Shown piece after piece: positions 8,976 through 18,214 of a stretch of 64,000 nt of DNA. The stretch comes from a virus (lineage: Duplodnaviria > Caudoviricetes). The position numbers and the translations under genes are program-made. Each line of letters opens with the position of its first letter. Position 1 is the stretch's first letter. The stretch spans positions 660-64,659 of the IMG/VR virus record IMGVR_UViG_3300020191_000010. One strand, written 5' to 3'. Below the pieces are notes generated by a model, which had not been told where the DNA came from, made no database searches, and worked only from the letters and a program-made list of their open reading frames with translations.

Positions 8976-9640
8976 GCGTAAAACTAATTAGTTATTCAAA
9001 GGGAGAGAAAGATGAAAGTCTCCAGGACATCATTGCGTATACAGCCCGTGTCTCGAATCCATCCAACCAAGACAATACCGAAACGTCAGAAAGACTATTA
9101 CGATATCTCATCCGAGAAAAACACTGGTCGCCCTTCGAAATGGTTAGCGCTTGCTTGGAAGTAACTACTACTCGTGATATTGCCCGTCAACTATTACGAC
9201 ATAGATCTTTTTCATTCCAAGAGTTTTCTCAGCGATATGCAGATCCTACACAAGATCTGAATTTTGTTATGAGACAAGCAAGACTTCAGGATACAAAAAA
9301 TAGACAAAATAGTATTGAACTATCTGATATGATGGATAGCGATGAAAGAGTTGATTTAGAATTAAATTGGTATAAACAACAGGCGGAAGTAGTAAATGCA
9401 GCAAGAAAATCATATGAATGGGCAATCAAAAATGGTATTGCCAAAGAACAAGCTCGCTCGGTTTTACCAGAAGGTATTATGGAATCTCGACTCTATGTTA
9501 ACGGCACCATTAGGTCCTGGATCCACTATGTCGACCTACGCTCTGGAAATGGAACGCAAAAAGAACACATTGAATTAGCTCGCGCGTGCTCGGCCGCGCT
9601 CGAACCAGTCTTTCCAATGATTAAGGAATTTTGCCATTAA
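8972..9640 (+). CDS. thyX: Flavin-dependent thymidylate synthase ThyX
   Basis: 'HWSPFE', 'RQLLRHRSFSFQEFSQRY', 'EQARSVLP', 'TQKEH'. Confidence 0.97.
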   Translation: MSVKLISYSKGEKDESLQDIIAYTARVSNPSNQDNTETSERLLRYLIREKHWSPFEMVSACLEVTTTRDIARQLLRHRSFSFQEFSQRYADPTQDLNFVMRQARLQDTKNRQNSIELSDMMDSDERVDLELNWYKQQAEVVNAARKSYEWAIKNGIAKEQARSVLPEGIMESRLYVNGTIRSWIHYVDLRSGNGTQKEHIELARACSAALEPVFPMIKEFCH

Positions 9641-9662
9641 ATATCTAGTTCTAATACTTTGT

Positions 9663-10007
9663 TTGGCTTCTACTACTTCGTACGCAGGTGGTCGTACTTA
9701 TACTGGTAGTGAAGATAAAACTCATTGTACTCTATGGAATACAAATCCCCTACGATGGCCACAGACTATCTTAGGACTAGAAGCTATGGAATGTAGGCGT
9801 AAAGCAGTTCCACCAACTACTACTAATACTATTAATTGTAGGCTAAAACGACAATATATTGATCCTGAATCTGATGAGCGTATGTGCATATACGAGAGAG
9901 GAGCAACAGGACATGGTGATCTTACAGTAGCTATGGATAAGTATTTTCATTGTCCTAGAACCCAAATGTGCACACAGAGTCCTGGATCTGATCCTACCCT
10001 AGATTAA
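9663..10007 (+). CDS. Hypothetical Cys-containing protein (start uncertain)
   Basis: ORF; upstream in-frame hydrophobic codons suggest a signal peptide. Confidence 0.55.
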   Translation: MASTTSYAGGRTYTGSEDKTHCTLWNTNPLRWPQTILGLEAMECRRKAVPPTTTNTINCRLKRQYIDPESDERMCIYERGATGHGDLTVAMDKYFHCPRTQMCTQSPGSDPTLD

Positions 10008-10030
10008 AAATAATTCAAATTAATTCAATT

Positions 10031-10090
10031 TAGGGGGTTTACATTCCTTTTTTCTTATGGTATAATAGTAAGAATAATTAGGAAGAGGAG
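10031..10090 (+). promoter_or_regulatory. Early promoter cassette
   Basis: TAGGGGG-TTTACA (10038), N17, TATAAT (10061), then AATTAGGAAGAGGAG. Confidence 0.88.
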
Positions 10091-10098
10091 TTTATATT

Positions 10099-10332
10099 AT
10101 GTCAAAGGGTATTTCACTATCTAGATTGAAAAAGAATATTCAATCACTTCCACGCGAAAAGCAGCGTGAATCAATTGAAAGATTCCTTCGTGTTCTCCCA
10201 CAGTGGATTATGGATGAAGTTGCTCGGCCAAAGCCGAATGAAAAGGTTATAAAATACCTTGAATCTCAACTTAAAATGGTTCGCGGTCTTTGGTCTGACT
10301 ATCTCATCAAACATCATGTACGGAGTATCTAA
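10099..10332 (+). CDS. Hypothetical early protein
   Basis: First ORF after the cassette RBS. Confidence 0.75.
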   Translation: MSKGISLSRLKKNIQSLPREKQRESIERFLRVLPQWIMDEVARPKPNEKVIKYLESQLKMVRGLWSDYLIKHHVRSI

Positions 10333-10878
10333 ATGAAACGATATGTTTTTCTCGGTGCATGTGCTTTTGCTTTTCTTGGGGGATTAGTTACCGGTAAATC
10401 AGCCTTTGGTGGTGAAGCAATTGCTGGTAATATCCACTCTCCGGAGTCTGAGCAAAAGTGTTTAGCAGATAATATATATTTCGAAGCTCGTAACCAGATA
10501 CATAGGGGAATGATTGGTGTCGCTCTTGTCACTCGTAACCGTGTTCTTGATTCTAGGTTTCCTCATTCATATTGTGAGGTTGTTAAGCAAGGACCTGAAA
10601 GACCATCGTGGAAACAAAATGGGACTATGGTACCTCTTCGCCACCGGTGCCAATTTAGTTGGTATTGCGATGGCAAGTCTGATAGCATTTCTTATCACGA
10701 TGTTAGTGTGTATGAACTTGCTCGTGCCATCGCTTTTAAAGTCTATCACGGAGAATTTACCGACTTTACAGATGGCGCCACTCATTATCATGCCGATTAT
10801 GTTAGACCAGAATGGGCATCAACAAAAACAAAAACAATGACAATTGATAACCATATTTTTTATAGATGGGAAAAATAA
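10333..10878 (+). CDS. SleB/Hydrolase_2-family cell wall hydrolase with N-terminal hydrophobic signal
   Basis: 'CLADNIYFEAR', 'NRV.D.RFP', 'CQFSWYCDGK', 'GATHYHADYVRPEW', 'IDNHIFY'. Confidence 0.9.
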   Translation: MKRYVFLGACAFAFLGGLVTGKSAFGGEAIAGNIHSPESEQKCLADNIYFEARNQIHRGMIGVALVTRNRVLDSRFPHSYCEVVKQGPERPSWKQNGTMVPLRHRCQFSWYCDGKSDSISYHDVSVYELARAIAFKVYHGEFTDFTDGATHYHADYVRPEWASTKTKTMTIDNHIFYRWEK

Positions 10879-11192
10879 TGAAAGATCTATTTCCGGAAAA
10901 TGATTTACCTGAATTCAAGTTTAACGAAGATATGTATATTGATGAGATTGCTGATTACATCATTGCGACATATAGTCAACATTACTCTAAGAAACGATTT
11001 CAGGCATCAGAGTTTATCTATGATACCGGTCATGGTACTGGATTTAATATGGGCAATGTAATGAAGTATGCTCAGAGATATGGCAATAAAGGTACTAGAG
11101 ATGATCATCGGAAGGATCTGATGAAGGTGATTCATTATGCGATTCTTCAGTTGCACGTGCACGATACTTCGCAAGACGAATGGTCTCTTTAA
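10866..11192 (+). CDS. DUF3310-like conserved phage protein
   Basis: 'HY', 'GFNMGNVMKYAQRYG.K', 'DLMKVIHYA'. Confidence 0.65.
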   Translation: MGKIMKDLFPENDLPEFKFNEDMYIDEIADYIIATYSQHYSKKRFQASEFIYDTGHGTGFNMGNVMKYAQRYGNKGTRDDHRKDLMKVIHYAILQLHVHDTSQDEWSL

Positions 11193-11325
11193 GATCAAAT
11201 AGTTCTTTTTCTAATTGTGTTTGTGGCGCTCGAACATCCTCTAACGTCCTATCATAAAGATAGGCGTTAAGGAAAAGTATGGCAACTAATAGTGCTATAA
11301 TTGACAACAGTATTACCTCTGACAT
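11095..11325 (-). CDS. Hypothetical membrane-anchored protein
   Basis: N-terminal TM segment; last ORF of a minus-strand block. Confidence 0.5.
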   Translation of the reverse strand: MSEVILLSIIALLVAILFLNAYLYDRTLEDVRAPQTQLEKELFDLKETIRLAKYRARATEESHNESPSSDPSDDHL

Positions 11326-11328
11326 ACA

Positions 11329-11541
11329 TTACCATTGACTTGACAATTGGCCTTTGTTTACTGGCTTACACTTCCACTGGTATGGCTTAAAACCAGACAT
11401 AGTTAAATGTATAGCTTGGGACATTTCTAAAGCCCGAGCTTCACATCTTTCGTATGTTTTGTATGGTCCTCTCTGGTCTTCTAGCACTACACACTGATTG
11501 GGATCAGATATAAGACAAGCTAAAACTAAAGCCATATACAT
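11329..11541 (-). CDS. Hypothetical small Cys-containing protein
   Basis: 'C....C', 'ERCEARA', 'WKC' pattern. Confidence 0.65.
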   Translation of the reverse strand: MYMALVLACLISDPNQCVVLEDQRGPYKTYERCEARALEMSQAIHLTMSGFKPYQWKCKPVNKGQLSSQW

Positions 11542-11557
11542 TTTTTTTCTTTCTATA

Positions 11558-12037
11558 TTAAACTGCCGAGTATACTACAAATATTAATCCACCGCCGCCT
11601 AATATTACACAACTACCAATAATAATAAACATTTTAACAGTTTCCCAAAACTCAGCTTGTTCTTTTAATCTTCTTCTTCTTTCTGCTTCAGCTGCTTCTC
11701 TTGCTTCAGCAATTCGTTTTTGGCGTTCTTCTAAAATACCTTGCCAGGTTCCAGGACCAAAACGCATATCAACTAGATTACGCATTTCCTGCATTTTTTC
11801 TTCTGCAAGTTTTGCATCGATCATTTCTTGGGCAACTGATTGGATCCCGAACTGATCTTTCAGTCCGACACCAGTTTTCTTATTTCTTTTCTTTTGTACT
11901 TCTTCAGTACCTTTGAAAAGACCATCAATTGCTCCTGCGATCTCCCCGATATCTTGTGCTGTCTGAATATTGCTTTTAATAAAATCTACTGACGATTTTA
12001 CAAGAGCTATTCCGGCAAGAATCTCTGCTACTGGCAT
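11558..12037 (-). CDS. Hypothetical coiled-coil protein with C-terminal TM
   Basis: 159-aa ORF with an AAGGT RBS. Confidence 0.75.
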   Translation of the reverse strand: MPVAEILAGIALVKSSVDFIKSNIQTAQDIGEIAGAIDGLFKGTEEVQKKRNKKTGVGLKDQFGIQSVAQEMIDAKLAEEKMQEMRNLVDMRFGPGTWQGILEERQKRIAEAREAAEAERRRRLKEQAEFWETVKMFIIIGSCVILGGGGLIFVVYSAV

Positions 12038-12112
12038 CTTGATCTACCTTTTTTTATGTTAGATAGATATGACTCAATTTTAAGATATAACTCGCTCTCA
12101 CTACTATTTATG

Positions 12113-12153
12113 TTTACATTCGCCCTTATATGTGATATAATACATTATAAATA
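12113..12153 (+). promoter_or_regulatory. Tandem early (TTTACA-N17-TATAAT) and late (TATAAATA) promoters for tmRNA
   Basis: TTTACA 12113-12118, TATAAT 12136-12141, TATAAATA 12146-12153. Confidence 0.75.
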
Positions 12154-12154
12154 A

Positions 12155-12220
12155 GAAATGATTCAGTGAAGCTGGATGGATGTAGACTGGACGCGGGGGC
12201 AGTACCCGCCGCCTCCACCA
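12155..12220 (+). ncRNA. ssrA: Two-piece (permuted) tmRNA, acceptor piece; 5' end approximate
   Basis: T-arm GCGGG-GGCAGTA-CCCGC followed by CGCCTCC-A-CCA. CGCCTCC pairs with GGGGGCG at 12488, including the G3:U70 alanine determinant. Confidence 0.93.
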
Positions 12221-12238
12221 TAAACACACTAGGGAAAT

Positions 12239-12475
12239 ATGACTAAGATAACAAAGGAAAATACACCAAATAAATATGTGAGATGGTTCTGTTGGTTTAT
12301 ACAATTTAAATATGTATGGGATATCCAAACATTATTTGAAAAATACCTTCCAATGGAAAAGATATATCGCTTTTTAGGTTTTTACTTATTCTGGTTAATT
12401 TGGTTTTGTTTTCTAATGTTTGTATTATATCAAATTACAGGAAGTTTTGAATTCCTCCTTTGGTTTGAAGAATAG
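12239..12475 (+). CDS. Hypothetical aromatic-rich membrane protein inside the tmRNA intervening segment
   Basis: 78 aa, AGGGA upstream, one long hydrophobic helix; fills the intervening loop. Confidence 0.6.
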   Translation: MTKITKENTPNKYVRWFCWFIQFKYVWDIQTLFEKYLPMEKIYRFLGFYLFWLIWFCFLMFVLYQITGSFEFLLWFEE

Positions 12476-12487
12476 TGTGCTTATGAT

Positions 12488-12627
12488 GGGGGCGAAATAG
12501 GATCGACAGATACGTGAAGGCAGTGGAGAATCACAAAAGTAAATGCAAACGATAACTTTGCTCCTGAGATGCGCCTAGCGGCATAATCTCTGGGCCCGCC
12601 GGAGCCTCGAAACAGAATCCGGCAACC
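12488..12627 (+). ncRNA. ssrA: Two-piece tmRNA, coding piece; tag ANDNFAPEMRLAA* at 12545-12586; 3' end approximate
   Basis: 5' GGGGGCGAAATAGGATCGAC; resume context TAAAT-GCA; tag ends in LAA; downstream GCCGGA...TCCGGC helix. Confidence 0.95.
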
Positions 12628-12645
12628 TACCCGAAGGAGGGTACC

Positions 12646-12987
12646 ATGAAATACTATCTAATAATGTTCCTAATGCTATGGGCTACATCAGCATTTGCTG
12701 AACCAGAGTGGAGACAGAAACCAGTTCAATGTGGATCTCCAGATACTCTTATCAAAGTAATTTCTGCAGCAGGAGAAAAGGCTTTAATTGGAGCTCTTAC
12801 TGATTTAAGAAAACCAGGAGAACAACAATCTAGTCTAACACCGGTATACATATTTGTTAATACTGATACAGGTACTTTTACTATTGTTGAATATCATATA
12901 AATGGTGAAGATGTATGTGTAATCGGTTATGGTACAGGTATTGATTTTAACGTACAACATTTATTTGAGAAAAAAACTGAAAGTTAA
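12646..12987 (+). CDS. Hypothetical secreted protein
   Basis: GGAGG RBS; signal peptide ending AFA. Confidence 0.8.
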   Translation: MKYYLIMFLMLWATSAFAEPEWRQKPVQCGSPDTLIKVISAAGEKALIGALTDLRKPGEQQSSLTPVYIFVNTDTGTFTIVEYHINGEDVCVIGYGTGIDFNVQHLFEKKTES

Positions 12988-12993
12988 AACTTT

Positions 12994-14478
12994 GTGAACC
13001 ACTGCTTGATTATGAACATCGAAGAACGAAGTCATACACGTTCTTTGGGCCCATATCGAATAGCACATTGGCTAAGAGAAAATGGGTGGGATGCTGAAGT
13101 GATAGACTACTGCGCTCATTGGTCACACGATGAATTAACAGAACTGTGTCTTTCTCGTATTACGAATGATACAAAATTTGTAGGATTTTCCTCCTTATTT
13201 ACAGGATGGTCACAACATATAGAATTTTTCTCTCAATTCCTTCGAAAATTTTATCCAAATATTATACAAATATCCGGATCATCTAGTCTTCCAAACGCAG
13301 ATATGACATGTGTAGATTACCATATCTATGGATTTGGCGAGCGAGCTATTGATAAACTATTACAATATCTTTTCTCAAGTGGTGAGGAACCAAAAAACAT
13401 TGAATATTTTAATACTAAACTAATTGATGCATCCCATTATCCTGCATATCCATTAAATGATTATACCGTATTATACCAAGACAGAGATTATCTTCAGCCA
13501 TGGGAATTCCTTTCAATTGAAACAGGTAGAGGTTGTAAATTTAAATGCAGCTTTTGCAACTTTTCAGTGCTCGGTGTAAAGGGTGATTATAGCACATCTC
13601 AAGATAGTTTTGAAAAACAAATGAAGACAAACTACGATAAATGGGGTATTAAGAACTATGTTATTGCAGAAGAAACATTTAATGATCGTACTGAAAAAGT
13701 AGAAAAGTTTAGTAAGGTAGTTAAAAAACTAGATTTCGATCCATGGTTTGCAGCTTATATTCGAGCTGATTTATTAATATCACGTAAAAGTGAAATGGAA
13801 TATTTAGCCGATATGAATGTTTTCGGTCAGTTCTATGGTGTAGAATCGTTCAATCAAAAGACTGCAAAGGCGATTAAGAAAGGCATGGATAGAGGCAAGA
13901 TGAAAGATGGTCTCTTAAATGTTAAGGAATATTTTGAAAAGAATCATAATAAATATCGAGGCAATATTTCCCTTATAGTTGGTGCACCATATGAAACAAA
14001 AGAGTCACTCGATAATTCATTGGATTGGCTAGTTGATAATTGGAAGAGTCAGAGCTTTACTGCATATCCACTTGGTATCCCAGTATATGGAAGACAATCA
14101 ATATTAAGTGGATCATACGAAAAGAATGAATATGAAGAAATTGCTATTGATGAACTCTATCAAAAGCACGATAAAGCATATGTTGATAAAGTTGTAAAGA
14201 AAAATAATATAATTCAAAATGGAAATATTATTGAAAAGAAATGGCTCATGTGGAAAAATAAACAAATGGATGTAGTTGAAGCATTTCAAATACATGATAA
14301 AATGTATGATGTAATGAAAAAAGAAAAATTTAAAAAATCAACATTTGCTGTTGCCGAATTTAGTGGTAAAAAATCTACTATCGAAGATAAATTAAAGCTT
14401 GACGTAAACTTTGTAAAAAAATTCAGAGATGAAGAATTGAAATGGGTAGAGGAATATAAAGAGAAAAAATTATCATGA
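12994..14478 (+). CDS. Cobalamin-binding radical SAM enzyme
   Basis: N-terminal B12-binding-like domain ('LGPYRIA..LRE.G....VID', 'VGFSS', 'GFGE'); 'GRGCKFKCSFC'; 'GVESFN'. Confidence 0.88.
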   Translation: MNHCLIMNIEERSHTRSLGPYRIAHWLRENGWDAEVIDYCAHWSHDELTELCLSRITNDTKFVGFSSLFTGWSQHIEFFSQFLRKFYPNIIQISGSSSLPNADMTCVDYHIYGFGERAIDKLLQYLFSSGEEPKNIEYFNTKLIDASHYPAYPLNDYTVLYQDRDYLQPWEFLSIETGRGCKFKCSFCNFSVLGVKGDYSTSQDSFEKQMKTNYDKWGIKNYVIAEETFNDRTEKVEKFSKVVKKLDFDPWFAAYIRADLLISRKSEMEYLADMNVFGQFYGVESFNQKTAKAIKKGMDRGKMKDGLLNVKEYFEKNHNKYRGNISLIVGAPYETKESLDNSLDWLVDNWKSQSFTAYPLGIPVYGRQSILSGSYEKNEYEEIAIDELYQKHDKAYVDKVVKKNNIIQNGNIIEKKWLMWKNKQMDVVEAFQIHDKMYDVMKKEKFKKSTFAVAEFSGKKSTIEDKLKLDVNFVKKFRDEELKWVEEYKEKKLS

Positions 14479-15047
14479 TTCATTATTTACCAATTAATAT
14501 ACCAAGAATGATTCCTATCAAATGGGACGGTATGACAAAAGGTCATTATGCTTGGTGGGATATGATTAAAATTACAGAAGAAACAAATAATAGATATGAT
14601 GAATCAAAAATTAAACCTGAATTTTTAGAATTAAATCCATGGTTTAAAGAATGGTTATGTCATTTACCAATTAAGAGGCTTATTAATATTAAACTACATA
14701 TGCAAGATAAACCGGCGGATGCTCATATCGATTTTAGTAAACCAAATGAAAACTTAGATCTATATAGAGTAACCCGTGCAAACGAACCATGCGGTTATAG
14801 AGTCGTAATAAATGGTCGAAGTAAAAATACCATGTATATTATTAATGATAAAGGTGAAAAGGTGTATACTGAATTACCCTCAGATACAAATACGTATGTT
14901 ATTAATCATACACAATGTATACATGGGACTGAAGAAGATCTAGATCGGTGTGTAATGTTTTTTCAATTTGAAGTTGATCCTCAAAGACATGCACAAATTA
15001 TTAACCAAAGTAGATTAGTATATAAAGATTATGTTGTTACTGTATAG
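14475..15047 (+). CDS. AspH-like/2OG-Fe(II) cupin oxygenase
   Basis: 'AHIDF' (HxD), distal 'CIHG', 'DR...FF'. Confidence 0.55.
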   Translation: MIHYLPINIPRMIPIKWDGMTKGHYAWWDMIKITEETNNRYDESKIKPEFLELNPWFKEWLCHLPIKRLINIKLHMQDKPADAHIDFSKPNENLDLYRVTRANEPCGYRVVINGRSKNTMYIINDKGEKVYTELPSDTNTYVINHTQCIHGTEEDLDRCVMFFQFEVDPQRHAQIINQSRLVYKDYVVTV

Positions 15048-15618
15048 CTATATTTTATATTACATTTTAGCAGCGATTGGTATTACATTTGGATATCATC
15101 GCTATTTTTCCCATAGAGAATTTTCTGCACCATATTGTCTACAGGTAATGTTCTTGTATTTCGGACTACTATGTGGTGGGAGATCTGCGCTTACATGGTC
15201 AGCAGTTCATCGAATGCATCATGCATATGCTGACACACCAAAAGATCCACATTCGCCAAAATATAGAAAATGGTATGAGATAGTATTTTCACTTTGGAAA
15301 GTAAAGAGAATTCCAAGAAGATTTTGTAAGGATTTATTTAACAATAAATTAGTAATGCATTTCCATCATGAAGGTTGGAAATATATATTTCTTACATATT
15401 TTTTTGCATTATTAATTGACTGGAAATTGTTAGTTATACTATTACTGTCATTTGTTTATTCTTATATAGGATTTGGTTTATTAAATTATCTAGGGCATGA
15501 TAATAATGGTCCTATAAATAATTTTATGATTAATTTATTTGCACCATTTGAGGGAAATCATAGAGATCATCATGAAGAATCTAAGAAGAAGATATCTACC
15601 AAACTTCGCAACACTTAG
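15031..15618 (+). CDS. Delta-9-type fatty acid desaturase family protein
   Basis: His boxes 'GYHRYFSH', 'HRMHH', 'HRDHH'; 'DPHSP'; TM segments. Confidence 0.9.
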   Translation: MLLLYSYILYYILAAIGITFGYHRYFSHREFSAPYCLQVMFLYFGLLCGGRSALTWSAVHRMHHAYADTPKDPHSPKYRKWYEIVFSLWKVKRIPRRFCKDLFNNKLVMHFHHEGWKYIFLTYFFALLIDWKLLVILLLSFVYSYIGFGLLNYLGHDNNGPINNFMINLFAPFEGNHRDHHEESKKKISTKLRNT

Positions 15619-16315
15619 TAGTGTTTATGATTTTGATGTAGAAAAATTAAAGGAATCTTATTTTTACAGTATTAATAAAAATAAAGATGAGGGTATGAAC
15701 CATCATTTTACTATTAATTCTGTAGAGGATAAGGATAAAAAAAAGTTTTATGACACTGATGAATCTGGTTATGAGCAGGTAAATCTTACTTCTTATAATG
15801 AGGTTGATACTTCTGATGGATATGAAAAGGCGCAATGGCAATGGTGGAATTCTAGAAAGGATCTTACATTAGCTGATCGTAAATCATTCTATCGTCGCGC
15901 ATTACAAAATAAATTAGATGGATTAGAATCAACTCTTGAAACATCCTATGCAAAAATGAACGCACTGTCTGATGGATATATGAAAGAAATACTGCAAAGA
16001 CATAAAGGTAAAGTTACAAGGGTAAGATGGGCTGTAGCAAATCCTGGTATGCAAATGCAACCTCATTTGGATTATGATACAACTTATGCTGTAAGATATC
16101 ACTATCCTATTATTACAAATCCAGATGCTATTATTTGTGTTGATAGACATGGTGAAGGAATTCAAAAAATTCATATGAAGGATGATGGCCGAGTTTATTT
16201 TATCAACCAAGGGTTTAAGCATTGGATTGAAAATAATGGAAATAGTCCAAGAGTACATTTGATTGTGACTGTAGTAGGTCAAGAGGATATGGTAGGATGC
16301 TCTCCTATTCTGTAA
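15539..16315 (+). CDS. Aspartyl/asparaginyl beta-hydroxylase-like oxygenase (likely start ATG 15572)
   Basis: 'PHLDYD', 'RYHYPIITN', 'KHWIEN.G..PRVHLIV'. Confidence 0.8.
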   Translation: MHHLREIIEIIMKNLRRRYLPNFATLSSVYDFDVEKLKESYFYSINKNKDEGMNHHFTINSVEDKDKKKFYDTDESGYEQVNLTSYNEVDTSDGYEKAQWQWWNSRKDLTLADRKSFYRRALQNKLDGLESTLETSYAKMNALSDGYMKEILQRHKGKVTRVRWAVANPGMQMQPHLDYDTTYAVRYHYPIITNPDAIICVDRHGEGIQKIHMKDDGRVYFINQGFKHWIENNGNSPRVHLIVTVVGQEDMVGCSPIL

Positions 16316-17055
16316 AATTAAAACTGATATGGCTTTTTGCTATGTTGATTAGCAGTTATTGGTTTGTCACAACAGATCTACTGTGGTGGCAAATTCTTAT
16401 TGCTTTTTATGTTTCAGTGTTTATTTCTAGGATAGGAAGTGAAATTAGCTATCATCGGTATTTTACACATAGAGCATTTAAGACAAGTAAAATAATCCAT
16501 AATATTTTATTATGGTGGGGATCTTTACTTGGTGTAGGAAGCTGTATATCATGGTCATGCATGCACCGTGCTCATCATGCTACTTCAGATACAGATGATG
16601 ATCCTCATAGCCCACATAAAATAGGAATGCTTAAAACTTTCTTTTTATCGCCGGACACATCTCAATTAAGCTTTAGAAATGTTAACGATCTTATAAGGGA
16701 TCCGTTACAAAATTTTATTCATAAAAATTATTTTAAAATAGTTATGACTTGGATATGGATCCTTATTGCACTTTCCTATTGGAGTGTATTGCCACTTGTA
16801 ATTCTCTTTGCTTTACCTGTTTCCATTCTTTGGATTATGTCAGGTATTACAAATTGTTTTGGTCATATGTATGGTTATAGAAATTTTGAAACAAACGATC
16901 ATAGTACAAATCATCATCTTACAAGATGGTTACTTCTAAATGTAGGTTTACACAATAACCATCATTATAAGCCAACAGCATCTAATACAAATCTTAAAAA
17001 TAAATGGTATGAATTTGATATTGAAGGTTATATTATAAAAATGATTCAAACATGA
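16297..17055 (+). CDS. Delta-9-type fatty acid desaturase family protein
   Basis: 'YHRYFTH', 'HRAHH', 'DPHSP', 'N.FGH..GYRNFET.D.STN', 'HNNHH'. Confidence 0.92.
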   Translation: MLSYSVKLKLIWLFAMLISSYWFVTTDLLWWQILIAFYVSVFISRIGSEISYHRYFTHRAFKTSKIIHNILLWWGSLLGVGSCISWSCMHRAHHATSDTDDDPHSPHKIGMLKTFFLSPDTSQLSFRNVNDLIRDPLQNFIHKNYFKIVMTWIWILIALSYWSVLPLVILFALPVSILWIMSGITNCFGHMYGYRNFETNDHSTNHHLTRWLLLNVGLHNNHHYKPTASNTNLKNKWYEFDIEGYIIKMIQT

Positions 17056-17600
17056 TTACTACATATCATATATCAGATGCTCCTATTCATGAAGTCAAAA
17101 CTTGGATAAGAAATAACGCACATGGCAAGCATGTACAAAATTATAAGAATATTGAATTTGATAACGGGTATAAAGCAATTACAATAGAAAGAGATAAGGT
17201 AATTACATGCGTTTCAACTGTATATCAGAGAGACTTTTATCCTAAAAAATGCGTAAGGATTTTTAATAAATGGATAGCCACTCGAAAAATAGGTGGAACG
17301 AAAGGAAACATCCTATCTGATCGAGCTATTGAAACAGCAACTCAGCAGATTTATTTTGCAGAAATGATGGGATATACTTCATTTTTTATATCATATCATA
17401 GTTATATTCCACGATTTTGTAATCAATTAGTAGATCTTCTTAATCAAAAAACTGAGTGGGATTGGCGTCATGCCGAATTAGTAAAAGTAACACCAAGTAA
17501 TAAAAAAAGTTCTTACCAACATATTATATACTGCGGTAATGATATGGAAGAATTTATAAATACCAATATTGATTTAAAAGATTGGAGATCATTGTGTTAG
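17052..17600 (+). CDS. Hypothetical protein (possibly GNAT-like)
   Basis: Coupled ORF inside the biosynthetic island; the fold call is tentative. Confidence 0.5.
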   Translation: MITTYHISDAPIHEVKTWIRNNAHGKHVQNYKNIEFDNGYKAITIERDKVITCVSTVYQRDFYPKKCVRIFNKWIATRKIGGTKGNILSDRAIETATQQIYFAEMMGYTSFFISYHSYIPRFCNQLVDLLNQKTEWDWRHAELVKVTPSNKKSSYQHIIYCGNDMEEFINTNIDLKDWRSLC

Positions 17601-18214
17601 AAGTATTTAAAAATTTAGATTTTTCAGAATCTATTTCTATAGAAAAAGAGTTGCCGCTTTATAAAAAAATTGTTGAAGGTCTTGATCATGAAAAATTATT
17701 AACTGAAATGAATCAGTTTGCAGTACCAGAAAATAAGGCTAGCTCCCCATGGTTTCAGATCTATGGTGAAAGTATAGGGAACCCTCTTGAAGAGTTAAAC
17801 AATTTAGGTTTAATAGATGGCCGCGAATTTTGGCAAATGACCCAAAAGCAAATAGCTACCCCATGGCAAACGTGGAGAGATGGAATTGGCTCAACAACTC
17901 GGGATATTTTTGAAACCCATCTACGTAATTTCCATCGTCCTAGATATATTATAGCACAACCCGGTTGGCAAACACAATCTCATCGGGATTGGGATGATAA
18001 TAATAAACTAGGTTTAAGATGTTATCTTATACTCGAAACAAATGATGATTGTTTACACTACATCACTGATGATGAAGGCGTAGAGCACGAATTACATTTT
18101 AAGCCAGGTGAGGTATGGTTCTATAATACTGAAAAACTTAACCGAGAAAAAAATGCAGGATCAGGATTAAGGAAAAGCATTAGCTTTGAATTATTCAATG
18201 ACGATCTTCTTTAA
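17582..18214 (+). CDS. AspH-like cupin protein, distal His apparently replaced
   Basis: 'SHRDWD', 'ETN', 'GEVWFYNT.KLN...NAG...R'. Confidence 0.6.
   Translation: MEIIVLEVFKNLDFSESISIEKELPLYKKIVEGLDHEKLLTEMNQFAVPENKASSPWFQIYGESIGNPLEELNNLGLIDGREFWQMTQKQIATPWQTWRDGIGSTTRDIFETHLRNFHRPRYIIAQPGWQTQSHRDWDDNNKLGLRCYLILETNDDCLHYITDDEGVEHELHFKPGEVWFYNTEKLNREKNAGSGLRKSISFELFNDDLL

Noticed and set aside
12104-12328. Minus-strand 74-aa ORF
   Set aside because: Antisense shadow of the tmRNA acceptor piece and its promoter.
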